The position numbers and the translations under genes were made by a program. Positions 8,520-18,034 of a stretch of 64,000 nucleotides of DNA are shown here, piece after piece. This DNA comes from Acidobacteriota bacterium (GTDB taxonomy: Bacteria > Acidobacteriota > UBA6911 > RPQK01 > JADFOI01), in assembly GCA_963663035.1 (NCBI GenBank), contig OY760074.1:320001-384000 (forward strand), written 5' to 3'. The stretch's first letter is position 1. Each line of letters opens with the position of its first letter. The notes under the pieces are model-generated. The model worked only from the letters and a program-made list of their open reading frames with translations. It was not told where the DNA came from and searched no databases.

Positions 8520-10778
8520 ATGTCTTACAGAACAATAGGGCAACCGCAGGGGCGTGTGGAGGGACCGGCCAAGGTCACCGGGGAAGCCAAATATACGGCC
8601 GATGTGCTCCTGCCGGACATGATCTGGGGCAAGGTGCTGAGAAGTCCTCTCCCCCATGCTCGAATTGTCAGTATCGATACTCGAGAGGCCGAGCAGATGC
8701 CTGGAATTCTTGCGGTGCTCACCGCCAGGGATCTGCCCGATCTCTTGACTGGGCGAGTCGTCTACGACATGCCGGTGCTGGCGAAAGACCGGGTGCGATT
8801 CATCGGCGAGAAAGTGGCCGTGGTGGCTGCCGAAGATCCTGATGTAGCCGAGGACGCACTGACCCGTATTGACGTGGAATATGAGGAAGTGCCTGCAGTC
8901 TTTGATGCCCATGAGGCTATGGAATCTGAGGCCCCGCTGCTGCATCCGGATTATCGATCCTATTCTCATGCTCCCGAGAAGTACTTTTCCGATATACCCA
9001 ACGTCCACTCTCACGTGACCTGGGAGCTTGGCGATGTTAAAAAGGGTTTTGCTCTGGCCGAAGAGGTATTCGAGCACACCTTCAATGCACCCTCTGTCCA
9101 TCAGGGCTATCTTGAGCCTCACGCCTCGGTTGTGGCAATCGATCCCGATGGCCAGATCAATGTCTGGATCAGCAACAAGATGCCGGTGCGGGCCCGAGAG
9201 CTTCTGGGGGACGTCATTCAGATCCCTCAGGAGCGGATTGTTGTCCACTTGGCCCAGATCGGAGCGGATTTCGGGGGCAAGGGCTCCCTGATGGATGTGC
9301 CCCTCTGCTATCACCTGGCCCAGCGGACAGGCCGGCCCGTAAAGATGGTCATGACTTACACCGAGGAGCTCATGGCCGGCAATCCCAGACATCCCACCAC
9401 CATCTTTTTGCGCACCGGGGTGACTCAGGACGGTAAGATTCTGGCTCGCCAGGCAAAAGTGGTCTTTAACAGCGGAGCTTACGCGGCCTTCAAACCTCTT
9501 TACTACGTTAATATTCCGGGCGCCAGGGAGGCGGCAGGAGTCTACGGTACACCGCATGTCAAGATCGATGCCTACTCGGTGTATACCAACTGCGTCCCGG
9601 GCGGACACATGCGAGCCCCGGGAGATCCCCAGGTGAACCTTGCCGTGGAGTCCTCAATGGATATGGTGGCTGAAGCGCTGGGCATCGACCGACTCGAATT
9701 TCGCAAACGCAATTTGCTGAAAGATGGTGACGCCGTACCGGGGGGGCCGCCACTGAAAAAGGTGAGGGTCCGTGAGGTTCTTGAGGCTGCAGTGAATACA
9801 TCCTCCTGGAACCGTCCCAAGTCCCAACCCAACCAGGGCCTTGGCTTGGCAGTCTCCCATCGCGCAATTGGCATCGGCGAAGTGAGCGCCCAGCTGACTC
9901 TGGAACAGGATGGAACCGTTCAATTGATCACGGCGGTGCCGGAGGTGGGGACGGGTGCTCACACGCTTCTCCAGCAGATCATTGCTGAGACACTCGTTCT
10001 CCCCGTGGATCAGGTCCGAGTTGAGACAGCCTCAGAGATCTTCAAGAGCGACTCGGGTTCAGGGGGAAGCCGTGTCACTTATGTGGGGGGACAGGTTGTT
10101 CAGCAGGCTGCAGTCGAACTGAAGAGTTTGATCTGTGCAGCTGCTGCCGAAGCTTTGGGCTGTCAAGCCGATGAGGTGGTGCTCGAGGGTGGCCGCTGCG
10201 GCCTGCAGAATGGTTCTGATGGCAGTCTCTCTTTAGCCGAGGTGGCGCAGAAGGGAGGCGAAGGGTCTCCGCTGCGGGTAAAGAAGTCCGTCAAAGTCTC
10301 CAAAAGTCCGCAAGTGACCACATTTACCGCCCAGGTTGTTGAACTCGAGGTCGATCGGGACACGGGCAAGATCAGGTTGTTGGAAGTCGTGACTGCCCAC
10401 GATGTGGGGACCATCATCAATCCGTTGGGTCACCAGGGACAAATCGAGGGAGGTGTTCTTCAAGGAGTTGGCCAGGGCTTGATGGAAGAGCTGAAAACGG
10501 AGGAAGGGCAGGTCTCAACCTTGAATCTGGGCGATTACAAGCTTCCCAATATCCGAGACATCCCCCCGCTGACGACGGTGCTTGTAGAGGAAGAAGTTGG
10601 ACCCGCGCCCTTCCATGGCAAGGCCATCGGGGAGAGCAGTATCACTCCCATCCCTGCCGCCATCGCCAATGCGGTCTATGACGCCGTCGGTGTGCGCTTC
10701 TACGATTTACCCATTACCTCCGAGAAGGTGTATGAGGCGCTGCAAAAACAGAGCGCGAGTCAGGGGAAGAAAGAATGA
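8520..10778 (+). CDS. Xanthine dehydrogenase family molybdopterin-binding large subunit
   Basis: KVTGEAKY, LRSPLPHARI, QGYLEPH, IGADFGGK, MRAPG, GQIEGG, GKAIGES motifs. Confidence 0.92.
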   Translation: MSYRTIGQPQGRVEGPAKVTGEAKYTADVLLPDMIWGKVLRSPLPHARIVSIDTREAEQMPGILAVLTARDLPDLLTGRVVYDMPVLAKDRVRFIGEKVAVVAAEDPDVAEDALTRIDVEYEEVPAVFDAHEAMESEAPLLHPDYRSYSHAPEKYFSDIPNVHSHVTWELGDVKKGFALAEEVFEHTFNAPSVHQGYLEPHASVVAIDPDGQINVWISNKMPVRARELLGDVIQIPQERIVVHLAQIGADFGGKGSLMDVPLCYHLAQRTGRPVKMVMTYTEELMAGNPRHPTTIFLRTGVTQDGKILARQAKVVFNSGAYAAFKPLYYVNIPGAREAAGVYGTPHVKIDAYSVYTNCVPGGHMRAPGDPQVNLAVESSMDMVAEALGIDRLEFRKRNLLKDGDAVPGGPPLKKVRVREVLEAAVNTSSWNRPKSQPNQGLGLAVSHRAIGIGEVSAQLTLEQDGTVQLITAVPEVGTGAHTLLQQIIAETLVLPVDQVRVETASEIFKSDSGSGGSRVTYVGGQVVQQAAVELKSLICAAAAEALGCQADEVVLEGGRCGLQNGSDGSLSLAEVAQKGGEGSPLRVKKSVKVSKSPQVTTFTAQVVELEVDRDTGKIRLLEVVTAHDVGTIINPLGHQGQIEGGVLQGVGQGLMEELKTEEGQVSTLNLGDYKLPNIRDIPPLTTVLVEEEVGPAPFHGKAIGESSITPIPAAIANAVYDAVGVRFYDLPITSEKVYEALQKQSASQGKKE

Positions 10779-11266
10779 CTCACACCATCCGCCTGCGAGT
10801 GAATGGCAAGGAGCACACGGTGGAGGTGCCCTCACGACGGCTCCTGGTTGATTGTTTGCGCTATGACCTGGGCCTGATCGGCACCAAGATCGGCTGCAGC
10901 GTAGGTGTCTGTGGAGCCTGTACTGTGCTCATGGATGGGAAGCTCATCAGCTCCTGCCTTGCCCTGGCCGTGTTTGCTGATGGAAAAGACATTGTCACGG
11001 TAGAGGGAATTGCACTGGAGGACCGGCTGCACACAGTGCAACAGGCCTTTATTGACTATGGAGGGGTTCAGTGCGGAATCTGCACTCCGGGGATGGTGGT
11101 TGCCGCAAAAGCTCTCCTGGATGAGAACCCCGATCCGACAGTCGATGAAATCAAGGAGTGGATTATGGGGAACCTTTGCCGGTGCACGGGCTACTACAAA
11201 ATCATTGAGTCGATACAGGGGGCGGCTCGGCGAATGCAGCTGGGGGACACAGATGAAGGCCTTTGA
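10775..11266 (+). CDS. Mo-hydroxylase 2x[2Fe-2S] small subunit (CoxS/XdhC-like)
   Basis: GCSVGVCGACTV and QCGICTPG...GNLCRCTGY. Confidence 0.93.
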   Translation: MTHTIRLRVNGKEHTVEVPSRRLLVDCLRYDLGLIGTKIGCSVGVCGACTVLMDGKLISSCLALAVFADGKDIVTVEGIALEDRLHTVQQAFIDYGGVQCGICTPGMVVAAKALLDENPDPTVDEIKEWIMGNLCRCTGYYKIIESIQGAARRMQLGDTDEGL

Positions 11267-12131
11267 GTACCTCGAACCTGATAGCCTGGAAGAAGCACTG
11301 GCCCTGCTTCAGGATCACGGGGAGGAAGCCAAGATCATCGCCGGCGGCACGGCTCTGGTCATCATGATCAACCAGCGGTTGATCATGCCGTCCTACCTCA
11401 TCAGCTTGCGTAAACTGCCGGGTCTGGATGGTATCGAATCGGTAGAGGGTGCGCTGCAGTTCGGGGCGTTGGTGACTCACCGCGCCATGGAGATTTCCCC
11501 TCTGATTCGCGATCAGATCCCGGTGCTGGCGGAGACCTATAGGCGGGTTGCAACCATCCGCATCCGCAACATGGCCACGGTTGGAGGAACCCTGGCTCAC
11601 GCCGATCCTAACCAGGACTCGCCAGTCACTCTCCTGGCACTCAATGCGCGTGTACGGATCACTTCCCAGGGCGGAAGCCGGGAGGTTCCACTGGCTGACT
11701 TCTTTACCGATTATTACGAGACCGTTTTGAAGCCCGATGAGCTGCTCACCGAAGTGCTTGTCCCCGATCCGAAACCTCATACCGGCAGCATCTATCTGAA
11801 ATTTCTTCCCAGGACAGAGGATGACTACGGCACGGTGGGAGTGGCGGCTACCGTGTCGATCGAACCGGACTCGGGGTTGTGCCAGGACTGCTGTATTGCC
11901 ATGGGTGGTGTCGGGTCAACCCCTCTGCGGGCACGAGAAGCCGAGGCCTTACTGCCAGGTCAGAAGTTGGTTCCCGAGCTCCTCCATGAGGTGGCGGCTG
12001 CGGCAAAGGAGTGCACTGATCCCACCAGCGATATCCGCGGGTCAGCCGACTACAAGCGTGCCATGGCAGGAGTCTTTGTGCGGAGGGCGCTGAAGCGGGC
12101 CTGGCAGAAGGCCCTGGGAGAATCGTCATAA
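11253..12131 (+). CDS. Mo-hydroxylase FAD-binding medium subunit (CoxM-like)
   Basis: MKAFEYLEPDSLEEA, IAGGTAL, IRNMATVGG, SDIRGSADYKR. Confidence 0.92.
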   Translation: MKAFEYLEPDSLEEALALLQDHGEEAKIIAGGTALVIMINQRLIMPSYLISLRKLPGLDGIESVEGALQFGALVTHRAMEISPLIRDQIPVLAETYRRVATIRIRNMATVGGTLAHADPNQDSPVTLLALNARVRITSQGGSREVPLADFFTDYYETVLKPDELLTEVLVPDPKPHTGSIYLKFLPRTEDDYGTVGVAATVSIEPDSGLCQDCCIAMGGVGSTPLRAREAEALLPGQKLVPELLHEVAAAAKECTDPTSDIRGSADYKRAMAGVFVRRALKRAWQKALGESS

Positions 12132-12589
12132 AGTTCACACAGATCTGCACCATTGCCGCGAGCCAGTCGGAGGTGTGGAACTTTCTCATTGACATGGAGA
12201 ATGTCGGCCGCTGCCTGCCAGGGGTAGAGAGCCTGACACGACTGGACGATGAAACCTACCAAGGCGTCTTCAAGATCAGGGTCGGTCCCATCGCTCTCAG
12301 CCTGCAGGGAACACTTCACGTCGAGAAGCTGGATCGTGCCAACTGGCACGTGGGGATACGAGCAGAGGCTAAAGATCGTCGCTTGGGGGGAGGGGTGCGG
12401 GCAAACCTCAACGTGGATTTGGCTGAGCGGGAACCGAATGAGACCCAGATGACCGTCACTCTCGAGTCCCACGTGCTGGGAAAGATCGGAGAGTTCGGAC
12501 AGCCTGTGATGCGCAAGAAGACGGACGCAATTCTGCAGGACTTCGCACGTCAGGTCAGCCAGCAGCTGAAAGCGAGGACCACAACTTGA
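12128..12589 (+). CDS. CoxG/SRPBCC family protein
   Basis: VWNFLIDMENVGRCLPG, KIRVGPI, LGKIGEFGQ; the frame extends upstream to an ATA at 12128 (first canonical start is GTG 12173). Confidence 0.8.
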   Translation: MKFTQICTIAASQSEVWNFLIDMENVGRCLPGVESLTRLDDETYQGVFKIRVGPIALSLQGTLHVEKLDRANWHVGIRAEAKDRRLGGGVRANLNVDLAEREPNETQMTVTLESHVLGKIGEFGQPVMRKKTDAILQDFARQVSQQLKARTTT

Positions 12590-13569
12590 GCCGCATATTG
12601 GCAGGTGTGCTCTTTCTTTCGGTGGCAATGCTGGCAGTCATTCTGGGACAGTCCCAAGAAGTCCCGTCGGCGGAAGGGCGCGCCATTTCTTATCTGGCAG
12701 CGGAAGTCCCGGCCTGGTCAAAAGACAACCACTGCTTCTCTTGCCACAACAACGGCGACGGCGCGCGGGCTCTCTACACGGCCCGGCAACTTTCCTATCC
12801 TGTGCCGTCCCAGGCGCTGACGGATACCACCGAGTGGCTGGTTCAGCCGCTTGAATGGGACAACAATCGAGGGAACCCCGGATTCAGCGATAAGCAGTTG
12901 GCCAGGATTCAGTTTGCTGCTTCCCTTGTGGAGGCCTTCGAGGCAGGCTTGATCGAGAAGCGGGAGATCCTCATTCAGGCGGCCGAATCACTCTTGCCTT
13001 ATCAACTGGCTGATGGATCATGGCAAGTCGATGTTGAAGCGCTGGTCGGATCTCCCGCTACCTACGGAACTCCCCTGGCCACCTATATGGCTCGCCGTAC
13101 GCTTGAGAAAGCGGATGCCTCCCGTTTCGAAACGGAGATTGCACGAGCCGATGATTGGTTTCTGCAAGCACCGGTGAAGTCCATGCTTGATGCATCCGCG
13201 GTGATGTCGGCTCTCCAGGATCGCTCCGATTCACAGGCCGAGGCCAAGGGTCGGGAGTGCCTGGAGCTGATTCTGGACGGGCAGGCCAGCGACGGAGGAT
13301 GGGGACCTTACAGGAATTCTCCCTCTGAACCCTTTGACACCGCAGTCGTTCTGTTGGCCCTTCTTTCTGTCAGAGAGCGACCGGAGATTGAAGAGTTCAT
13401 CCAGCAGGGTCGGGCCTACCTTCTCCAGAGGCAGCTTTCCTCTGGTGGATGGCCTGAGACAACGCGGCCGCCCGGAGCGCACAGCTATGCCCAGCACATC
13501 TCAACTTCGGGCTGGGCTACTCTGGCTCTTCTCTTGACGGGAAATTCAGGGGAGGACTTGGAACGGTAG
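12586..13569 (+). CDS. Secreted prenyltransferase/squalene-oxidase repeat (alpha/alpha-barrel) protein with CxxCH motif
   Basis: Signal peptide; CFSCH; QW-like repeats QLADGSW, QASDGGW, QLSSGGW. Confidence 0.7.
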   Translation: MSRILAGVLFLSVAMLAVILGQSQEVPSAEGRAISYLAAEVPAWSKDNHCFSCHNNGDGARALYTARQLSYPVPSQALTDTTEWLVQPLEWDNNRGNPGFSDKQLARIQFAASLVEAFEAGLIEKREILIQAAESLLPYQLADGSWQVDVEALVGSPATYGTPLATYMARRTLEKADASRFETEIARADDWFLQAPVKSMLDASAVMSALQDRSDSQAEAKGRECLELILDGQASDGGWGPYRNSPSEPFDTAVVLLALLSVRERPEIEEFIQQGRAYLLQRQLSSGGWPETTRPPGAHSYAQHISTSGWATLALLLTGNSGEDLER

Positions 13570-14790
13570 GGAAACCGTTGTGGTGGTGACCCGCTCCTCA
13601 ATACGCTCAAAGACATCCACCTCGAAGGTACGGCCGATCCTGTTGCCGGCCAGATCTTCCAGTGTTGTCCCGACCACCAGGGAATAATCACCGGCGCTCC
13701 AGGGCTCAAGTGGAGTGAACTGCCAGCGGGTCTCCTGGCGGTCGATCTGGATTGAGCCCTCAATGAAGTTTCTTGCCGGGTCCATGACATCCAGTAAACG
13801 CAAGAGTAGGCCACCATCCAGCGGCTCAGGAAATTCAACGGAGAGAGGCTGGCGGGTGCCACCCTGTGGGGAGGTCAGTCGCCAGGTCTTGGGATCAGGG
13901 GACTCCCGGTCGGCCGCCACCACGCCAAAGGACTTCTCAAAACCTTCCTTGAGGGGCGTCCCCTGGGCATCCAGCCAACCCTGCTCGATCACTAAGGTAT
14001 AGTTGTGTCCTTCGTTTATGGGAAGTCCCACTTCTTCATGAGGTACAAGGCCCTGCTTGATCCGCCCCGGATCAAAAAGAATGGTGAGTCGCTTGCCCTG
14101 GCGATCCCACAGTTCCTCATCCAACTCCAAAAAGGGTAGTTCGACCGGCTCCCCGTTCTCATCGAGCAGGTGAATTCGGCTGTAGGCCTCACCGCGACTC
14201 ATGGGAGCTGAAAAGTGAAGATAGAATTTGAGCTGGTTCTCGGGTAAACGATTTGTCGTGGGATACACATTTTCGACGGTCGTCGAGGCGGTTGCTTCAG
14301 CCTTTGGAATGGTAAAGTTGACGGTGATGTGCTGCTTGGCTTGACTCCCATCAGCCATAGGATCAAACACGGCACGGTAACGTAGGCCCGGCTCCAGAGG
14401 AAATCGTGGCTGAAAAATCAATTCCTGCTCTTCGATCCTGTAGGAGCCCAGAAGCGGAGGGAGAGACACCTCAGAGGGGGAGTCAGGATCGACATAAACG
14501 GCAAAGAGCGCCTGCCATCGATCAGCTCCCAAGTTGGCGGACTCAGACTTGAGCAGCCCAATCTGATCCCAGCCCACGACTTTAAAAACCGGAGGGGCAC
14601 CCTCCTTCCTCTCCAACTGGATCTCGGCTGAGATCGTAGCCTGGGAAGGGGGAGACTGGAGCCCGCAGGCGGAGAGAAAAGTGAGAGTGAGGATCCCCAG
14701 ACACGCGAAGCGTCTGAGCCAGGATCTCCAAGAAGGAAGGAGGCGCCTTCCCTGAGGGACTGGCACCTCACGACTCCCGATTGATTTCAC
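13546..14790 (-). CDS. Hypothetical lipoprotein with Ig-like (Big_5-like) domains
   Basis: Lipobox-like LSAC; FSAPMS, FPEPLD and LEDLAGN motifs. Confidence 0.65.
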   Translation of the reverse strand: MKSIGSREVPVPQGRRLLPSWRSWLRRFACLGILTLTFLSACGLQSPPSQATISAEIQLERKEGAPPVFKVVGWDQIGLLKSESANLGADRWQALFAVYVDPDSPSEVSLPPLLGSYRIEEQELIFQPRFPLEPGLRYRAVFDPMADGSQAKQHITVNFTIPKAEATASTTVENVYPTTNRLPENQLKFYLHFSAPMSRGEAYSRIHLLDENGEPVELPFLELDEELWDRQGKRLTILFDPGRIKQGLVPHEEVGLPINEGHNYTLVIEQGWLDAQGTPLKEGFEKSFGVVAADRESPDPKTWRLTSPQGGTRQPLSVEFPEPLDGGLLLRLLDVMDPARNFIEGSIQIDRQETRWQFTPLEPWSAGDYSLVVGTTLEDLAGNRIGRTFEVDVFERIEERVTTTTVSLPFQVLP

Positions 14791-14816
14791 CTCTGTCTTG
14801 CCTGTCCCGCCTATGC

Positions 14817-15941
14817 CTAAGGAAGCGGAATCGTCTTGAGGTCCAATGAACCGCTGTCAGTGCTGACCAGAATCAAGGCGTTGTCCTGGTCCAGACGATC
14901 CAGTTGCTGCACACCCTTGAGGTGATCGATCGTCTCATAGGGCACGCCTGTAATATCGGTGCGCTCGGTGATTCCCTGGTAGCTCTCCAGACCCTCAGCG
15001 GTAATCTTCATCACACCACGGCTACTGTTGTTCATCAGAATATAAGGCCTTCCGCCCTTTTCATAAGCGATCATATCCAGGGGACGGTTTCGGTTGCCAA
15101 GCTCTGCGATGGTCGTGCCAAGAATCTTGGCGCCGGGTGTAAGGGAGGAGACAGGAAATTTCACCAGAGGCGTACAGGTGTAGGCAGCTAAGATATAAGG
15201 CTCGTCTTCAATTTCGTAGGAGACGAAGGTGCGCACCGGAGCATTGGTTTCGAAACGGCCGTGGGCGCCGTGATAGATCTCCACGCTGGTGCCCCTGCCC
15301 GTCGCTTCAAAGGGAAAAGGGATAGAGCGCAACTTGGAGGCAAACTCCTCATTGGAAAGCCCTGCCACAAAGACCCTGCCCTCGACAAAGGCCAGGTCGG
15401 TGATGGCTTCCAGTCGCTGGCTCTGCCCGCTGCGATCCTGCACATCCGCGTCAGGCGTGTTGGGGAGGCTCACCTTGGCATGCTTCACGTTAGCCAGAGA
15501 GAACTCCTCGATTTTGCCTGAGCTGTCGGCTCGCAAGATCAAAGGGATAGCGTCTGGGCCTCGACCTCGTGAGACCGACAGGTAGACCGCCTTCGAAATC
15601 GGGTGGACCGCCAGGTCGTTAATGAGGATTTGATCGGGCGAAGTTCCCAGCAGGGCAGCCACTTTCTCGTTGACACCTGAGATGTCAACTCGGGCCGGGG
15701 AGGCGCCGGGGGTACCGTCTTCGGTTGCTAAAGCAAAAATAGCCGCTCCCATGGAATCACCCACAAAGAGGATTCCTTCGGGCCCAAAGGCCAGGGCTCC
15801 AGCCGACTGGAGCTCAGCTTTACCCGCGCTTAGACTGGAGGAATAATCAGCGGAGCTGGCTGTGGTGATCAATAACACCGCTATCAGCAGCCCACACAAA
15901 CCTATGCTGGATTTAGTCAGACTCATGTTCTCTCCTCTCAA
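14817..15941 (-). CDS. Secreted hypothetical protein (beta-rich, propeller-like)
   Basis: Long ORF with signal peptide; ALAFGPEGILFVGDS, AAYTCTPLV, ELGNRNRPLDM; true start may be ATG 15926. Confidence 0.7.
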   Translation of the reverse strand: MRGENMSLTKSSIGLCGLLIAVLLITTASSADYSSSLSAGKAELQSAGALAFGPEGILFVGDSMGAAIFALATEDGTPGASPARVDISGVNEKVAALLGTSPDQILINDLAVHPISKAVYLSVSRGRGPDAIPLILRADSSGKIEEFSLANVKHAKVSLPNTPDADVQDRSGQSQRLEAITDLAFVEGRVFVAGLSNEEFASKLRSIPFPFEATGRGTSVEIYHGAHGRFETNAPVRTFVSYEIEDEPYILAAYTCTPLVKFPVSSLTPGAKILGTTIAELGNRNRPLDMIAYEKGGRPYILMNNSSRGVMKITAEGLESYQGITERTDITGVPYETIDHLKGVQQLDRLDQDNALILVSTDSGSLDLKTIPLP

Positions 15942-16063
15942 CGATAAAAGAATTAAGGTCCAATGTCTGGAGTAGACTTTCCCATCTTGAGGTCTTCAAG
16001 TCAAGGGAACCACGATCTTCGTCCCCATTTTTTTTAGGGCCCCACCTTCCCTGGTGCTCCAAG

Positions 16064-17629
16064 TCAGGGGCTGGCCTGAATGGCGTCGGCCAGTTCCTTC
16101 CATTGCATGACACGGCCATGCCCAGGGACAATCCGATCCACTCGCCATCCCGCCTGGGTCACGGCCTCGTAGAAAGTCTTCCCCTCGGGAGGAACTCCCG
16201 GAGGCCCGCTTGGTTCTGGCACGACTTGGAACCGATCGCTCTGAATTTGGAACATATCGCTCTCGAAGATGAGTCGCTCCCCGGGCAGATAAATCGCCAG
16301 GTAACCGTTGGCATGGGAGTTGGGAATATGCATGAGCTCCACGGTCCGGGTGCCGTCTGAAATGGTTTTTCGATCGGTGACGGTCTCAATTTTGGGCTCT
16401 TGTTGGGACTGAGAGAAGCGGTCCGGTTTGAGCGTGTGGGGCAAAGTGAGAAATTCCCGAATGACAGCTTCGTTATTAGCTTGGGTGACAATCGTCGCCC
16501 CTTCGGCGGCGTAGGTGCGAATCCCTCCAGTATGGTCTGAGTGGTGGTGGGTGGTGACGAGATAGCGGATGGGCTTGTCTCCCACGGTTTCCCGGATTTG
16601 GCGAATGACCTCCTCAGATTGCACTTCGTTATTGGGTCCCTCGGCCACCAGAATGAAGTCCTCGAATTCCACCCACATGTTGTTCATGCCAAGGCCCTCC
16701 CCAAAGAACACCCCGTTGGCCAGTTCGGTTGGAACAACAGGAAGGCTGTCTGAATGAGCCAGGGACTGGGCGAGTTCTTGCAGTTTTTCCGGAATTTCAA
16801 AACGATCTTCCGGAAGGTCGCCGTTGAGAGTGATCTCAGACCATTCCATCACCTGAGTGATCTCATGCATCTCCTGGGTGACCTCGGAGAAGGGAAGCTG
16901 GATATCCCCGACCTCTCGATAGTCTGAGAAGGTGCGTTCTTTGGCTAAGTCTCCGTAGGGGTGACGATTCTCTGTGAAGTCCAGTTTGGAGACCAGGTGG
17001 GTGGTCTCATCGACGTATACTTCATAGAGGATGCCGTCGGGGAGCTGTACAGCAACCACCCGATGTGGTTGCTCCCCCAGCACGTCATCGCTCATTCCTT
17101 TGATACTGCTGTCCGCACCCAAAGCATGGACCAGGAATTTTGCAATATCGCGATCCCACTCTGCACCGTAGCTGGCCATTTGTGCGGCTTCCAGGGGTCT
17201 TAATGCCGCCCCAAAAACATCGCGGTACCCCCCCCGGTTCCAGTCCGCCATCTGAACAGCCTCCCCGGCGCCGCTCAAGTTGAGTTCTCGAGGAACGGTG
17301 AAATCGATGAGCTGTGTGTATGGACCAGGAGACCCCATGAGCAACCTCTCTGTTGTTACGTGAGCCTGTCCGAGAGAGTTTCTCTGCCTTGTCCCCTGGC
17401 GGGTGATGTTCTCAATCGCCTGCAGGGCTTGGAGCCCACCCATGGCCACGGCGGCCTCTTCTAGCACTTGCTGGCCCTCCTCCTCAATATTCTGTGAAGC
17501 GCACTGCAGCTGAAAGAGAACGATGAGGAAGAGGGGAAACAGAAAAGCGGACTGGCGGAATTTTCCTTTCGCGTATCTCATGGTTGCCCTCCCGTGTCGT
17601 TTGTCAAAAGCCATAGTTTCTTGGCTCAC
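16064..17629 (-). CDS. Secreted MBL-fold metallo-hydrolase
   Basis: THHHSDHTGG, SHANG, FESD, VPGHG; N-terminal signal/lipobox; start may be 17581. Confidence 0.85.
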   Translation of the reverse strand: MSQETMAFDKRHGRATMRYAKGKFRQSAFLFPLFLIVLFQLQCASQNIEEEGQQVLEEAAVAMGGLQALQAIENITRQGTRQRNSLGQAHVTTERLLMGSPGPYTQLIDFTVPRELNLSGAGEAVQMADWNRGGYRDVFGAALRPLEAAQMASYGAEWDRDIAKFLVHALGADSSIKGMSDDVLGEQPHRVVAVQLPDGILYEVYVDETTHLVSKLDFTENRHPYGDLAKERTFSDYREVGDIQLPFSEVTQEMHEITQVMEWSEITLNGDLPEDRFEIPEKLQELAQSLAHSDSLPVVPTELANGVFFGEGLGMNNMWVEFEDFILVAEGPNNEVQSEEVIRQIRETVGDKPIRYLVTTHHHSDHTGGIRTYAAEGATIVTQANNEAVIREFLTLPHTLKPDRFSQSQQEPKIETVTDRKTISDGTRTVELMHIPNSHANGYLAIYLPGERLIFESDMFQIQSDRFQVVPEPSGPPGVPPEGKTFYEAVTQAGWRVDRIVPGHGRVMQWKELADAIQASP

Positions 17630-17721
17630 GCTGGTCTCCAGGAAACTTATCCGCTCCAGGGTTCCCTGTCAACGGAGCCCGAAACCGCCAGACCAGGGCC
17701 AGATTCACACTTCCGGCTGGC

Positions 17722-18015
17722 GTGGGCCGGCCCCATCTTGAGGGTCTGCAAACCTCTCAAACCGTGGAGGGTGAGATGTGCAGCCGCGCGCGCGATCCCA
17801 ATGTTACCTGGAAGGACATTGACTGGCTGCGTTCCTTTGCTCGGGTGCCGGTCTTGCTCAAAGGAGTACTGAACGCCGCCGGTGCCGAGGGAGTGGAACG
17901 CGTCCTCAACATTCTGCGTACGGAACTGGTGATGGCCATGGGCCTGACCGGGCGAACGACCATCGATAGTATCGATCGTTCGGTGTTGCGGTCACCGCCG
18001 GAAACCTTGCTTTAG
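17722..18015 (+). pseudogene. Internally deleted FMN-dependent alpha-hydroxy-acid oxidase remnant
   Basis: VTWKDIDWLRS...PVLLKGVL is joined directly to the C-terminal AAGAEGVERVLNILRTELVMAMGLTG; catalytic SNHGGRQ region and N-terminus are absent. Confidence 0.8.
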
Positions 18016-18034
18016 GAGGCTTCAACCAGGCGGG

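Noticed and set aside
8520-10778. Aerobic CO dehydrogenase CoxL
   Set aside because: The active-site loop is HMRAPG, not AYxCSFR (form I) or AYRGAGR (form II)
12586-13569. Squalene-hopene cyclase
   Set aside because: Only 327 aa, has a signal peptide and no DXDD motif
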